Shown: positions 1 to 15,009, counted from the first letter of the stretch. The stretch is 64,000 nucleotides of DNA from Hormiphora californensis (GCA_020137815.1 CM035358.1:3038001-3102000); one strand, 5' to 3'. The notes: a model not told the origin generated them from the sequence alone. Numbers and translations: made by a program.

Positions 1-440
1 ATCAATGTGAAATGAAGCATTATATTGTGTGTAGGGGTTGGTTGTTCACACGTGTACGACAGAAAGAAACACAAAGATAGAAGAATGAGAGATGTGATGT
101 GAAGAAGAACAACGAATTATAATGTTAAATTAAACCAAATTGTCATACTCGTGATCTCTCTTCTTAATGATGTAGTGGAATTATCTAACCAGTAGCCAAT
201 ATCATATGATGTTGTTTCATCAAGACCAATAGTAATAAGTAATCATGATTTAATGGTTTTGAATTTGTCTTGATTGCGTACTTTCGGACCACTAAACTAT
301 AAATAGATTAAATCGGAACTCCATTTAACCTAGACCAATTCAGATATTTTGTGTCCTATAGTTCACATTTCCTTGTAGAATTGGGTGTACAAATAACTTA
401 CACACTACACCCACGCTTTGAGTAAGCAAGGATAAAGGAG

Positions 441-531
<91 letters not shown>

Positions 532-787
532 GCTCATGTAAGAGTGTGTGCAATACCTTTGCTGCGTCATGTTCAAATCCGGGATTAACAAAAACCATAC
601 AACCCCTGCTCATCCACAGATTCAAAATGAGCTTCAGATTTTTGAGGATGCGGGGTTTGAAGCTTCCTGGAGGTCTTGATTTCAGCGTGCTGCGGGCCAA
701 GTTTCACAAGCTGTACCAGACGTTGTGTACAATTATACGAGGAAACTACCCTACACCAAGTTGTTATGTTCTAACCCTCTTTTACAG

Positions 788-834
788 GGCGCAGTGAGAC
801 TCCGGCCGTGAGAGAGGGTCGAGACTCGAGCTAG
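788..834 (+). other. Possible isolated small exon
   Basis: CTAAC branch-like motif and pyrimidine tract ending TTTACAG before it, GTAAGT after it. The best frame ends in TAG at the donor. Confidence 0.3.
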
Positions 835-3133
835 GTAAGTATAGTGTGTACAACAAAATAATTATAATAGTGGCTCAACACCTCGTAGTAGCAGCGCACT
901 GTGAACTCATATAGTAGCACTAGCTGCGGAGAGATGTGGCACTAGGTGGAGACAGCAAAAAGGTGTGAACTAACACGTGTACATGTCGAGGTTTCTAGAT
1001 TATTAGACAGAAACACAAGGAGACTGAGAGAGACATAGCAGCAACCTGCAACTTGGGGTAGATAATCCATACAAGATGAAGACATAAAGAACGCTAAGCA
1101 GAGACTGAGGAAAGGAGAGTATAAGGAGGACGGGACCGGAAGCTCGAATGCTATACACAACGTAGTACAAGCTAGGATAGATAGCAACTAAACTGCTCAT
1201 AAAGCTGTACTTATCTCTTTTATTCTCTTAATTTCTCTAGTATTCCCTCATTCTCTCTCTTCTTAAGAACGATAAGAGACTGAAAATATTAAAAAGCATT
1301 GGTAGTCTCCAGAAACTATATGTTCAAATTATCCTACTATCTAGGCAGTAACGGTAGCTAATAATGGACAATTGAGACCGGCACGCAGTATATTATACTA
1401 GGTTTAACCTACAATTGAATAAATTACATGCTGAGTCTCAATTGAACTACAATTGCCTTACTCGACCCTGTCTCACCGTGAAAAATAAAAAAGGGTTTGA
1501 ACAAAACAAATCATTGTATGCTCAATTCAGTATCATTGCGGGACTCATATCAAACTGACTAACACAACGACATCCAGTAACAATGTTTTCTATAGAACCA
1601 GTTCAAAGAGAAACGGAAAAGATGAATTGATAGAAATGGAGTAAAAAAGGAAACTATTTAAAAAAACTTTTACAGCATGTCATTGGTAGCAAGTAATAAA
1701 ATGATATATAACGTGCATTTTATATCGTATATAGAGAAAAGGAATTGTAAGAGAGTCCTGGTAACTGAGAGAGATAGGGAGATATAGAGAGAGAGAGGGA
1801 GAGAGAGGGAGAGAGAGAGGGAGAGAGAGAGAGAGAGAGAGGGAGGGAGAGAGAGAGATAGGTAGAAAGATAAGATAGCCACATGGCATTATACACATGT
1901 ACAACGGGCTGTTTTCCCACACAATTGTGTGCACAACATTGTTATTTTGCCCATGAACATGCACAAGCACACACACACTTATTATATACATGTGTGCTAT
2001 GCTGCACAGGACCGTGGCTGAAACGCCATAGAAAGGGATATCAGCACCCCGACATTAGATTTATCATAGTCGCCTTGATTTGTTTTTTAAAATCGGCAGT
2101 TGTTGTTACCTGGCATACGACAGGAGCTGGAGATCAGTTTGAAAGGATACAATTGAGTACTAGATGTAACAGCAGTAGGCATGGCATGAAAATTAATAGA
2201 TCTTAGGGAGAGAGATACAACCTAACTGTGGTTAGACACGACTTTAGTGTACTAACATCAAGCACTTCCCTTTCTCTCTCTCCCTCGCGTCATTATATCA
2301 AGTTTAGTGATAGCAACCCACGTCATATCTCGAGAAACAAACATGGTCTTACAAAACACACGTACGATTTAAGTCAGCAATTATCTACCAAGAGGTCATT
2401 GGCCCTTTACAAGACTCTATAAAAGCTTCTAAAGCCCTAACCATGATCTTTACTAAATGCTACAACTCCTTTGTTTCTTCAATAGGCCTTTGATCTATAT
2501 CATGGACTAAACAAAAAATAGTATTGTATTACCCAATTGCTTCTTTACAAAAACAACTAACTGCTCCTTCACAAAAACAGTAACTGCTCCTTCATAAAGT
2601 ACCTCATTGACTTGTGCGGGTTGGATACGTGTAGAATAACGGCGGGCCCAGCTTTTATCGTAGAGGGTTGTTGAGGTCCTCCTCATCCAATGTATCAGCA
2701 ACATTGTAGGTAAAATAGTGAAGGTATGGTCTAAGAGAAAGAATGCGGCTGAATAATGTGAATAATATATAGTGGAGTTCTCACAACTCACTTAACATAA
2801 CACAATGCAGTGCGACTCATATGCAAATTACGGACGATTCTAAACTACACTCCGACTAAAGACTATTGTTGCTTAATTAATCTTGATGACGGACCGTCCC
2901 TGACGGGATTCAGCTTCTTTTTCTTTCACACAAACTGAGATCGTGTGGGAGAGAAGTCCTAGAGATCTGAGAATTATGCTAAAACTACAACAGTAGAGAT
3001 GCAGGTGCCTAAACTGGCAATATCCCCAACTTTATTTCTGAGACACGTGCGGCGAATGGTAGGTGTGACAAGATTGGACAAAGGATCTTATTGCTGGAAG
3101 GAGCATACATACTGGGATGGAGAGATAGAGATA

Positions 3134-3165
<32 letters not shown>

Positions 3166-3766
3166 AAATAAAGAGAGACTAATAATAAGTGTGTGAATTG
3201 TCAATTATTATTGCCTGACGGGACCGCTCCTCTCTATCTCTTTCTCGCTTCGATTTGTCCCTCGGCTTCTCTCTCTCTCTCTCTCTCTCTCCCTTACCGC
3301 AGCAATCAATCATAGCGGAACTGGTCATAGGCGGACATGTGAGTGTGTGACGAAAGGACGAAGGGAAGAGTCGAGAGATAGAGTGAGAGGGTGGATAGAG
3401 AGATGAGGAAAGGACGGTTGCGACATAGAGAGCAGGGAAGAGATAGTGATGATGATAAAAAGGTGAGAGGCTAAGGATTGATTCAAATTGAAATCTGATT
3501 TCCGGTAATCAACTTGGGAATTATTAGCGCAGACCAACATCTCCCACAGTCAGAGACTAAGAGAAAGAGGAAGAGATGGGTGGAGACCGCATTTTCGTAG
3601 CTTTATCTTAGATGTATAGTTAAGTGATCGCTTAGCAAGGAAACCCGATAAAAGCACAAAAAATACTTTTCTAGCAACTTTTGACATATATATTATTCGA
3701 CCTGAGAAAGGTAATTTCTAGACATGGCACAACGCTGTAAAACTACCAACAAACTTTACGTTTTCC

Positions 3767-3898
<132 letters not shown>

Positions 3899-4035
3899 TT
3901 TCTCTCTCTCTGTCTATCTCTCTCTGTCTATCTCTCTGTGTATTATATACCGCTATCCCGTATAAACGCGAAACTATCTATCACACATGCACACACCTTC
4001 GTTACATATTCAATCTATCAAAAGGGAGAGATTTG

Positions 4036-4087
<52 letters not shown>

Positions 4088-4424
4088 AAGGGAGAGATAG
4101 AGGGAGAGATAGAGGGAGACATTTGGATAGAGAGGGAAAGATAGAGAGGGTAAAAAGCTATCAACCATTTTTATCCACGTGACCAAAATTTGATCAGCAA
4201 ATTGCACCTGTAACACGCTATGCCCTTAAAAGGAAATATATAACAACGCGGAAATCTGCCAGCTGGAACTGGACTACCTTGGGCGCTTTCCAGCGCTTAC
4301 TTACCAGAACTACTCTTGGAGCCCAAGCAAAGAGAAAAATCAAGGGAGCTCACAAACATAACGTACAACAACAGCAATTATTTTAAGTTTGGAATGAGCC
4401 ACAAAGGACAGTAATTCTTTAAAT

Positions 4425-5278
4425 TCAACCGTATTTATCTGGCAACGACATCCGGGTGATCTACATAACAAACAGAGGAGAAAATTAGTTAAAGCCAAGT
4501 GACAGAAACATGCAAAACAAAGAAGGAAGAGAAACAAAAAACTTACAAAATATCGTCCACAGGGCGTCAGAAGAGGTGTACTGAGATATGACATGGTCCC
4601 ATCAGGTCGGCTATCAATGGATGTCACCCTTCTCCCTCCTCTCTGAGTGATCCTTCTCACTGTCGTCTCATCGAACGATTGATGGTTTACATTGTTGTGT
4701 AATTTCTGGAGTGACTTCCCTAACTCCGTCACTTGCCGCTTCAGATGCCTTCTTCCTTCTCCTCCTACTTTTTCTCCACTCCCATCTCCACTTGCACTCT
4801 GTTGTTTGATGGTGGGTAGAGGTGAACTGATAAGTCGAGTAACCACTGTCCGTATACTGATAAGACTCTGGTTGACATCCCGGATCTGCTTCTCTAAATG
4901 TTTCAGTTTTTCCTGCTGTAGGAGCATCGTGGAACGGAGCTCTGTGACAGGGTCTTCTTCAACTGAAGTAGGGAGAGAGGGAAGGAGATCTGGGCAGGAT
5001 GATGATCGTCGTTGGCAGTGTGTTTCGGTGTCACTAGTACTGCAGTCGGGTTCGTGTAAAACAGGCTGGGCAGACATGACATAGCGGCACAAATCATCGA
5101 GAGAGAGATAGATAGAGAGAGAACAGGGTAGGAAGGTGGGTAGGAGGAAGAGAGGAGAGAGAGGGAGATAAGAGAGAGTACGTGTGCGTGTGTGTACAGT
5201 ATTAGAAATTGAAATGACCAACCTAAATTTAGACATTATGATTAACAACAAGGATGTGAGAGAGGAAGATAGAGAGAT

Positions 5279-5353
<75 letters not shown>

Positions 5354-8304
5354 ATGAGAAAGTGGGAGAGATAGTGAGTGGGAGCGTAGGTGGGAAGGAA
5401 AGAGAGGCAGCAGGAATCAGGTATAAAAAAGTAGAGAAAAAGAGTGATTGAAAAAGAAAAAAGAGAGAGAAAAAGGGAGGATAGGAGAGATGACCGGTGA
5501 GTTAGAATAAAAAAGAAAAGAGATAGATGGAGCAGAGAGAAATTTCATGGAGAGTGAGGAAGCTATTCCAATCAAATCTACCAATGGATGGGTTTGATTG
5601 TAAAATAGGCGATGATCCGTCGCCGGGAAGACGGAAAAGAGATATTGAGAAAAGAATAAGAAAGCAAGAGAGAACGTTTTACGTATGTCTCTATTTTTTA
5701 GATCTCACTATCTTTGTCTCTCATACAGATAGCTCTTTGGACCAACAGGAAAGAATCAGATGATTGAATATTAATTATCGCTAAAGCTGCACTAAGTATT
5801 GGGATTTCCGATGGACAGCTTAGTTTCCTTAATTATGCTTGATTATGCGGATAGACGTCGGATGCGAGGAGCTTCAGAACACGAAAACGAGAGGAAATGA
5901 GATCTACTTACTTTGCAGTGCTGGACATCCTCTAACCGTTCGTATTGGTGGTGATGGGAACTTAGTCCTCTTGACGACTTCATTTGGAGCTATATTGGAC
6001 ACTCAAAATTCAAAGCAAGACTGTGAACTACGGGAAAAAACAACAACAAAACAGAAGACTGCGAACACTAACGTGAAAGTGCGAAAAAGAGCCAACAACA
6101 AAATGGCGATAGAAAGGGAGAGTCTTAAAGCCAACGATGCATACACGTGTATGGAAAGTAACACCACTGATAGTCCTCTCTCCATCTCTCTTTAGCTCTC
6201 CCCCCTCTTTCTCTCTCCCCTCTCTTTTGCTCTCCCGATCTTTCTCTCTCTTTCTTCCCATATCTATTCTCTCACGCTCCATCTCACTTACTATCAACTA
6301 TCTATCTTTATTAGCTCTCTTTTCCATCAGAATATCAAGTTTGTTCGGCCAGCGGCCCAATACTCGAGTAAAGCTCTTACTTTCACCTCCCATACTATAC
6401 TTCTCTCTCAGTCTTCCTCTCTCGTTTTCTCTCTCTCTTTCCCTCCCTCTGTCTTGGGTCTCTGTGTACGTCTCTCTACTCTTCGCAGCTGTATAAGGTA
6501 CACCAGCAGGACTAATAACCTCTTATACCAGCTCGATGTCTATCTATCAATTTCTATCTCTACATCCCTCTCTTTCACTCTATATCTCTCTATCTGAGTT
6601 TCTCTATCTCTTTCTATATCTATCAAGCGTCAAGAATTATACATGTTTGTACGAAGAAATATGTGTGAGTTCAGCATCATGGCTGCAAAGAAACTGATCT
6701 GGGTGCCCCAACTACTAAGTAGGTGACACAGTCTCTATATATTCTCCCTCTTTTTGTCTTTCTTCTCTCTTTCCTTTCCTTACTTTTCTCCCTTTCTCTT
6801 TTTCTTCCCCCTCTCTTAGACTCTCTTTCTTTCATTATCAACTTTCTAATAGTCCTCTCTCAGAGTGTATGACAAAGCCGTTGGGTATTACGAATGAGCG
6901 AGGGACCTTCTCTCTTTCTATCATTAATTTACCCCACTCCTTTCTACAGTTTCTCCATCACTTGCCATGCCCCACATTGTGTCTGGCATATGTTTCAAAT
7001 CTTTTGTTTGAAAATGATATGCTGTATGGAGCTCTCTAGTACGTATAATTTACCCCTCGTTTTCATAATGGCAACCAAGACCTAGCCATGGCAACCAAGA
7101 CCCACCAATGGCAACCAAGACCCAGCCATGGCAACCAAATACACCAATGGCAACCAAGACCCAGCCATGGCAACCAAATACACCACCCATGGCAACCAAG
7201 TATTAATGGAAATATGTATCCGAACATGGCAGCCAACGTTAGCAAGAACCAAACTCTGACAACACCTTTTCCACACACCTACAAGATGGCCGAAAGATTT
7301 CCCCCTACTTACTACTGCAGTAGTGGCATATCGAACAATTCAAAGTCAAGACAATACTGAATCACACACGCTAGAACAATACAGAAAGCAGCTTGATGTA
7401 CAAATCGAGAGAGATCGCACAATGCATGATATGAATAAACATATAATATCTCGGAGTAGGGACGAAGACCCAAGAAAGAAAGTGAGAGAGATAGAGAGAC
7501 TTGCAATTTTAGAGATTGAAGATTGGATGAGTTATGAGAGAAGAAATAAAAGAAATTGAGATGATGAAATGTAAAATAAACAAACAGCGAAAAGTAAAGC
7601 TTCGCCTGATTAATTACTCTTAGGAGAGGGAGACAAAGTCTAAAGAGGGTAGAATCATATATTCGAATCGGCAAAACTTTCTCTCTCGTTCAATCTCTGT
7701 CTGTCTCTATCTCTCCCTCTCTTTCCCTCCCTCACTTACAGCCTCATCCAATCGAACTACCTATACAACAAAGACAATGCTTGAGTAAATAACCAGCGTA
7801 CTCGTAGGCAGTAAGGCAATGTAGGGGAACAAATGAAATTTCATAAAAAGTGCGAAGTTTGGAAAAGTAACCATACCATGATAAATACAAATTGCAAGTT
7901 AAAACAGGTATTTTTCAAAGACAATCACAGTAGTATAGAAGGGCAACTATCTAACCCGTCGGCCGTCGAAAACAACCTGGAAGTTTAGAATAGGAAGTAA
8001 AAGCAAGCGCAGACACAGCTGCATGTACTTCAACAAAGATTGTTTTTTTACGTTCACCATTCCTCAACATTCCTCAAATACCTACATACCACACTGTGTA
8101 AATTAAGCCTATCAATGTCAAACGAAGCTCGGCGTTAAACCTTACCTTAGAAGGTCCTGGGTCTGACTGTGTCTCTGTGCTGTTAGATGGCGTTACCTTG
8201 GGTGAAGACCGGTTCGGAGAGGGCGATCTGCGCCGATCTCTGTTGTTAGATCCATTGGGTGAGAGTAGAACCTTCGAGAATCGTTCCATCATGTAGCCCA
8301 TCAT
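4425..8304 (-). CDS. Uncharacterised Ser/Arg-rich coiled-coil protein (~270 aa). Exons 8304-8146, 7760-7740, 5989-5912, 5065-4547, 4460-4425
   Basis: Five phase-0 exons with GT/AG boundaries (GTAAG donors) join in frame. The large exon encodes a heptad-like stretch (LLQQEKLKHLEKQIRDVNQSL). No family recognised. Confidence 0.5.
7068..7200 (+). repeat. Short tandem repeat with ATGGCAACCAA core
   Basis: About 7 imperfect copies spaced 19-21 bp apart. Confidence 0.8.
7321..7559 (+). CDS. Possible terminal coding exon, charged helical peptide
   Basis: Pyrimidine-rich ...ACTGCAG acceptor, then an open frame (EQYRKQLDVQIERD...) to TGA. Upstream exons not confidently identified. Confidence 0.3.
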
Positions 8305-9704
8305 GTTTACACGTATTGGCTAAAATATTAATTTTCATAACTTTATTATTGTTCAAGAGTGGATCGCTTCAGTTGGTTAACTGTCGCTGCCGCTTGTAGT
8401 GGCATTACCGTAATGGAATTACAGTAATAAGACACAGACTTTTACATTAAATGCGCGGGCAAAAAGTGCATGTGTCAGCACGTACTAGCGCACTGAATTG
8501 GCGCACGGTTGCGCGTCTTCTTACCGTATCTTCGTTTTCCATTACTGTTTTCCCACTACAAGCGACCGGGTTACAAGCAACAGAAAACACAGGAAGGGGA
8601 AGTGAAAGATATACAATGTCAAATCAGGTTCAGTTACAATTACAACTAAAGTAAGGCGTATTTACAAGGTTAATTAGGTGATACAATCAGTCAGCCAACG
8701 CATAATATCTCTCACAGATGTACAAGCAAATCATGAGACAACAAAATAGAGATCCTTCAGATAGATAGAGAGAGAGAAAGAGAGAGAAAATATGTAGTTA
8801 TTTGCCACATATTTTATCAACAAAGAATCGCAAGACTGAAAAGAGCAGATTTTTACCACAATTCGAATCGTAGTAAATATATTGGCAGGTCTATGATACT
8901 AAATTAGACAAGCACTTTCGGCTAAAAGCTGATTATTTACCGGAAACAATTAGAAAAACAGAGCTCCCAGAGATGCCAAGAAGAGAAAGAGGCGGAAGAG
9001 AGTTTTGCAGGTAATAACAGATCATGATAATGGTGTTTGGCAAGTTGTGGAGGAGATGGGGAAAATTGTTAGATCTATAACACAAGATAGACTTGGTAAT
9101 GAGACATTTTCAGAGATAGATCTGTCGTGTAAATCGGGTGTCGATTATCCTTTAAACAGAGCACTTATATATCTTTCTTTCCCCCGATGTATGTTTCTCT
9201 CTATCGTTCTCTATCGTTCTCTCTCTATCGTTCTCTCTCCAAATTTCTGTATCTCTCTTTCTCCAGTATCCATCTCTCTCCCCTCTCTTACAATCGATTG
9301 AAAATTATCCTGCGTCAAGTCTATCTCTACTTTACTCGACTGTAAGATACTATCTCGCAAAATTTGTGCTGAATGGATTGTATCTTGTGATCGATGGAAA
9401 CAAAAATGAGATTGGGAGAAAAGAACTATTGTTGCAGTGCGATCGCTGATTGTTGATGACGTGTAAAATGTACAAACACGATAATTGATACATCGTAAAA
9501 GGAAGTACTGTTCAGTGGATGTGATTGTGTGACAGTTGTCAAAACTGTATGAAATACACGATGCATAACCACAAATATCGCTTGAAAAGGAAATCATGAT
9601 TTAACATCGTGAATTATAGATGAAGTATACACATTATTATTGAAATAACGTGCATACCGACAAATGATGCTCTGAAAAGTGCTAAATCTATATTTTAAAT
9701 ATTC

Positions 9705-9773
<69 letters not shown>

Positions 9774-10547
9774 CATTTGAATCTAAGGTCAAGCAATATA
9801 TAATATCTAATGATCAGACCAGGCTGTATTAATGAAAGTGGTACTATTGTTCAGATGAGGGAGACATGGTACCACTGAGGATCTACCTGCCTGTGTGATT
9901 GCAGCAGTAGTGTAGATCAACCAGCTGTAGTTACGAATGGATATACTTGGTATCATGATGAGGAGGGTCGAGCCCCTGAGATTACCTCCGTGATGCAGAG
10001 ATAGATGAATAGAGAGTGATAGTACGAATGAGAGAATAGATAGCTTGGGTAAATCATGAGTAGAGGGTCGAGTTTAAATAAATCAGAAGAGATAGAGAGA
10101 AGAGAAGAGAGAAAGAAGAGAGGAGAGAGAAGAGAGAGAGAAGAGAGAGAAGAGAGATAGATTGATAGAGAGATGTATAGACAGAGAGAGAAGAGAGATA
10201 GATGCAGATGACTATCGAGAGAAGAGAGAGTGAACAAGAAAGTAAGATGAACCAACTGATTGAGTAGAAACAAAGATAATGTGTTAGATTTGCACAATAT
10301 GTTCCTGTGAATCAGCTGAGTGACGGACTCACGGCGACATAATGACGTACTTCATCAAGCAAAATCAATTGCAGCAATATTGTATTCGCGAATATTCGAT
10401 CAACGCAATGGGAAATATGTTCATTATATAGGGCGACTGTGGACTGACGACACATGGGAGCGGCATATATTGTACTAGCTGCCTCAAAGTCACGATGCGA
10501 TACCAGTCAAGAATTCTGATTGAGGATCAATGCAGTACTGAATCTGT

Positions 10548-10612
10548 GGGATGTAAAATATAATGAATAACCTGTATAGCCTATACAGGTTATTCATTAT
10601 ATTTTACATCCC
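10548..10612. repeat. Perfect 65-bp palindrome (32-bp arms, 1-nt centre)
   Basis: GGGATGTAAAATATAATGAATAACCTGTATAG-C-CTATACAGGTTATTCATTATATTTTACATCCC. Confidence 0.9.
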
Positions 10613-11440
10613 AAAGTCTATACAGTATAGGTTCAGATTATAAAAGAGTTTAGAATTTTGCTAGGGGGTATCAATCACCCTGATATCTCTGATATACCGG
10701 AAATTACCAAACCAAAACTCGGAGTCATTATCCCGTTTTGAATTTGATGATGTGCAAATTATTCCATAAAAACACAGAATATCCGGGTTTATCGAATATC
10801 GATATCCCACATGTTGCAAAACAAAATAAACGGCTATAAAAAGTATGCGGTGCTTGAATAAGTTATCCTCCACGAGAATTATACAGCGTTGAGCTAGTTG
10901 AAGGGTGATAATTTATTGTGACAAAACCAAGACAATTCACATTTCACACATTCCGAAATTTCTCAGATTTATTAATTAGCACGAAGAAATGAAATGAAAT
11001 TTTCTGATGTCATCACACACGAAGAGAGCTGAAGATTATAAAGCTGAATCAGAACACGTGAATTGTGCGTGTTGTTAGGATTTAAAGGTTAAAAAGTTCG
11101 ACTTTTATCTGATTTATCACCGCATGATTGTTAAAACATCGTCATGTGGATCCTTTCTGAATTTTCTTCTTAGGAAGATAATAATGATATTACCTTTGCC
11201 AACAAACTTATAACGGTAAACTGCATGTTTAGTTACCTGTACTTTAACCTGGTTCTGACTGTTTTACGCAGCGGCCCTCACCATTTGTAAGAAAACAACA
11301 TTTTGTAACCTGACCTTGCATTGTCTTGTTTAGACTCTCTTGTCCGGCACCCGACCCATAGTGATCGCGGAGTCAGTATACAGATTACGTACAACCTGGA
11401 CCTTGCAGTATAGTAATTGGTCTGTGATAAACTAACGTAC

Positions 11441-11569
11441 CTTCAAGTTGAGGTTAGGTCGTTCAGGGGATTGAATGGCCTGGACGGGATTCTCGTAGTC
11501 CTCAGGCCCCCAATGTCTCGCCTCGTGAGGACACGATTCATTCGCATAGCCGCCCCTACTCGTTCGATT
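11441..11569 (-). CDS. Possible internal coding exon (129 nt) of an unidentified gene
   Basis: Long polypyrimidine tract and CAG acceptor, open frame NRTSRGGY...NLNLK, GTACGT donor. Confidence 0.35.
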
Positions 11570-11631
11570 CTGAAGACAGGGGAGAGAAGATAAAACATGC
11601 GAAGATGCAATAGTACATGTTTTACATGAGG

Positions 11632-14249
11632 CATAAACTCTGGCCACTGGCGCGTTATTTCAGATAACTTTCTCCCAGCGTGCCGCTGGGAGAAGTTAGC
11701 TGGAGTTTATCCGCCGCTGGCGGATAAACTGGTTTAAATCACGACGACGATCCCGAGGCGGAGCCGAGGGAGAGGCGGAGGGGTTTAAACCTATAACGTG
11801 CCAGTGGTCAGAGTTTATGGGTTATATACCCTGCTTTAGTTGTTTATTTCAAGTATTACACACCAACAAGATAGAGAACACTAATCAAAACACACAAAGA
11901 GAACTGAGAAATAGTTAAAAACACGTCACAATTGAGTGTACACTGTTTGGTAACAGTTACTAAGCAGTTGCTAAGGAAAGAGAGTGAAAGAAATAGCCTG
12001 ATAAGGGGCATGTCACAAATAATACAGAGAAAGAGATAGTGAGACAAAAGGGGAGATAAAGAGAGAGTAATTGACGGAATGTGTCCTTTCTTTCTCTCCA
12101 ATGTAGTGTGTAAGTGTTGCACATAGTGTTCCCTCTGTATTTTAGTAAGAACTGATCATTTACACACACTTTGAATGTTACGTAGGAGTTAAATGAAGTA
12201 TGAACGTTTGTAGACTGGCGCGTTATGAAGTTGGCTGTTCCCAGCGCGAGCTGGGGACAGCCAACTGGAGTTTAAGGGTACACCTGGCGTTTTTCATCAT
12301 CGAGTGCCCAACCAAATGACTTCACCAGGGTTAAGGCCATACAAAATGGACCTCAAATATGCAATTTTAGCCCTAAAGTCGAATTCATATTTTTGCTACA
12401 GCCTATTTTCAAAGTGGCGTTTTTTCAATTTTTGTTGGAATTTTTAACCTCAGGACCACTTTTTTTGAGATAGAAACATTAAATTCTTGGAATTTGAAGA
12501 GAATATAAAGGTGAATAAGCCCAAAGAAGGATTTTTGAAATGGAGCTTATTTCTGGCCATGAGAAGGGTTTACTTTTTTGCTTCTTTGACACGCTGGCTG
12601 AGAATGTTCCCATGCTTCATTAGAGATGAAAATCTGGAAATAGTTGCTCAAAACGATCATCTATGTGGCCCAAAAATTTTGGAACTTTCCCGCCAAAGAT
12701 GTGGTGTACAGAGCTTGTTTTGTGAAACCCGTCTTTTTGAAAAAGAGGGGAATTCCCTGTATCTCAAAAACGGGTGATCGTAGAGACCTGGGACCAAGCT
12801 TAATCGATTCAGAAGGTCCGATTTTGGGGGGGTCTTCTGAGAGACATTTTGCTCCTATTCCAACCGTTCTTGCTGTAATTGCAAAAAACCAATTCTATGA
12901 AAAGGGGGAACAACTCTATTGCAGTAGCCTACTTCGGGCTGATTTCCCCCTTACTTGCTGATACCTTTTTCGCAATTACAGCAAAAACGGTTGGAGTAGG
13001 AGCAAAATGTCTCTCAGAAGACCCCCCCAAAATCGGACCTTCTGAATCGATTAAGCTTGGTCCCAGGTCTCTACGATCATCCGTTTTTGAGATACGGGGA
13101 ATTTCCCTCTTTTTCAAAAAGACGGGTTTCACAAAACAAGCTCTGTACACCGCATCTTTAGCGGGAAAGTTCCAAAATTTTTGGGCTACATAGATAATCG
13201 TTTTGAGCAACTATTTCCAGATTTTCATCTCTAATGAAGCATGGGAACATTCTCAGCCAGCGTGTCAAAGAAGCAAAAAAGTAAACCCTTCTCATGGCCA
13301 GAAATAAGCTCCATTTCAAAAATCCTTCTTTGGGCTTAATCACCTTTATATTCTCTTCAAATTCCAAGAATTTAATGTTTCTATCTCAAAAAAAGTGTTC
13401 TTGAGGTTAAAAATTCCAACAAAAATTGAAAAAACGCCACTTTGAAAATAGGCTGTAGCAAAAATATGAATTCGACTTTAGGGCTAAAATTGCATATTTG
13501 AGGTCCATTTTGTATGGCTTAAACCTTGGTTAAGTCATTTGGTTGGGCACTCGATGATGAAAAACGCCAGGTGTACCCTTAATCGCCCGGCAGGGCGATT
13601 AAACTGGTTTAAATCCCGACGCCGATCCCGAGGCGCCAGCCGAGGGTGAGGGGGAGGTGATTTAAACCTATAACGCGATAGGCTAACAAACGTTCATATT
13701 TTATGAAACCCGATAGCAATTACACACAAATAAGAGACACAACACAAGGTGAAACAGACTAGGACTGCTGGCAATTAGTCAACAGACACCCTGAAAATGT
13801 GTGTAGACTTAGTGTCTACTGTTCCTAACATGTTCGAGAAAGAGAGAGAAAGATTAGGGGCAATACACATGTGATTCTTTTCACTCCTTATGAGAGAGAT
13901 AACATTGAAACGTGTTGCAGACATGTTTCCCCTTTCTTTTGTTGACAGAACTGTGTGTTTACACACATTTTCAATACTTAGAATTTTACACGCATGTTAT
14001 TCAAATGAAGAGAAACGCGTGAAAAAGGGAACTGGTCTGTCAAACTGCGAGGAGGGTGTTAAATCTCCCAGCTGGCGGTTATCATGTGCGCGCAAATTCT
14101 TCAAACGACTGATAAATCTGCTATCGGGTTTCATAAATAAATAACCTGCCAGTGGGAAATAATCTGCCGCTGGACTGGCTGTTTACTGAGAGCGCGCTAG
14201 TGGGACTTCTCGCCACTGGCGCATTATTTAAGTTAGCAGGGTATATAAT
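11632..14249. mobile_element. Composite of palindromic non-autonomous elements (possibly Crypton-type), interrupted by a Kolobok-like insertion
   Basis: Nested inverted-repeat pairs: CATAAACTCTGGCCACTGGC 11632/11819, TATACCCTGCT ~11826/14245, TATGAAACCCGATAG ~13702/14135. CCGAGGCG..GCCGAGG motifs present. An inverted, uninterrupted homolog lies at 57127-57822. Superfamily assignment is tentative. Confidence 0.6.
12276..13578. mobile_element. Non-autonomous Kolobok-like foldback DNA transposon
   Basis: ~610-bp inverted repeats beginning GGGTACACC, TTAA on both sides. The empty site (single TTAA) is seen in the paralogous host copy near 57736. Confidence 0.8.
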
Positions 14250-15009
14250 ACAATATCCATTCAAAAAATTATGTATCCACATTTCTCTACTATTAATAGG
14301 GGGAATTTAATCTCAGTAAAATCAAATACCTCACCAAACTAAGATATCGATAAATACTTACAGATAAATGTGATCCGACTTGACTTAACCAGGTCTGATT
14401 GACAAACTGAAAGTAAAAACCCATCCTACAGATACAGGGGTGGGTAATCAGCTAGTTAGACACTGATTCAGACAACGGCTGGAAGGGAATCAGCTAGTTA
14501 GACACTGATTCAGACAACGGCTGGAAGGGAATCAGCTTGTGCCGGCAAGGGTCAGATAGCGGGCTACCAAGGGATCAGGGCGAGACTGCAAGAACTATAG
14601 GGACTACAGTGCAGGCAAGTATGGTGGTCAACCGACAGAAAAACAGAAGGGCACAAGGGTAAAAAACTGATGTAATTGTATAAAATGTCCATGGACTGGC
14701 AAGTTGGAATGCGTGACACAAGTTAGGACAATATGTTTTTGTCTCCCTGAAGTAAACGTAAATGTTGGCCAGCCTTTCCAGTAGAATGCTGACATTACAT
14801 TACCTCTCTCACTAGTCGAGAGAAAGAGAAATAGAGAGAGAGAGAGAAAGGGAGAAAGGGTGAGAGAGCGAGAGGTCAGAGGGAGAGGTAGAAAGATAGC
14901 GAGAGACAACCCGCCAATTTAACGAAGAACGATTGACAAACTACACACACACAAGATGATGTGAGAAACAGGAAGAAGAGTAAACAGGAATTAACAAAAG
15001 AATAAGTGA

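Noticed and set aside
9011-10003. Possible plus-strand exons (VITDHDNGVWQ..., ...YTWYHDEEGRAPE...)
   Set aside because: I could not assemble a consistent in-phase model or recognise a family.
12487-13367. Mirror-image ORFs (also 59230-60593 and 19381-20223)
   Set aside because: They arise from long inverted repeats; no transposase motifs.
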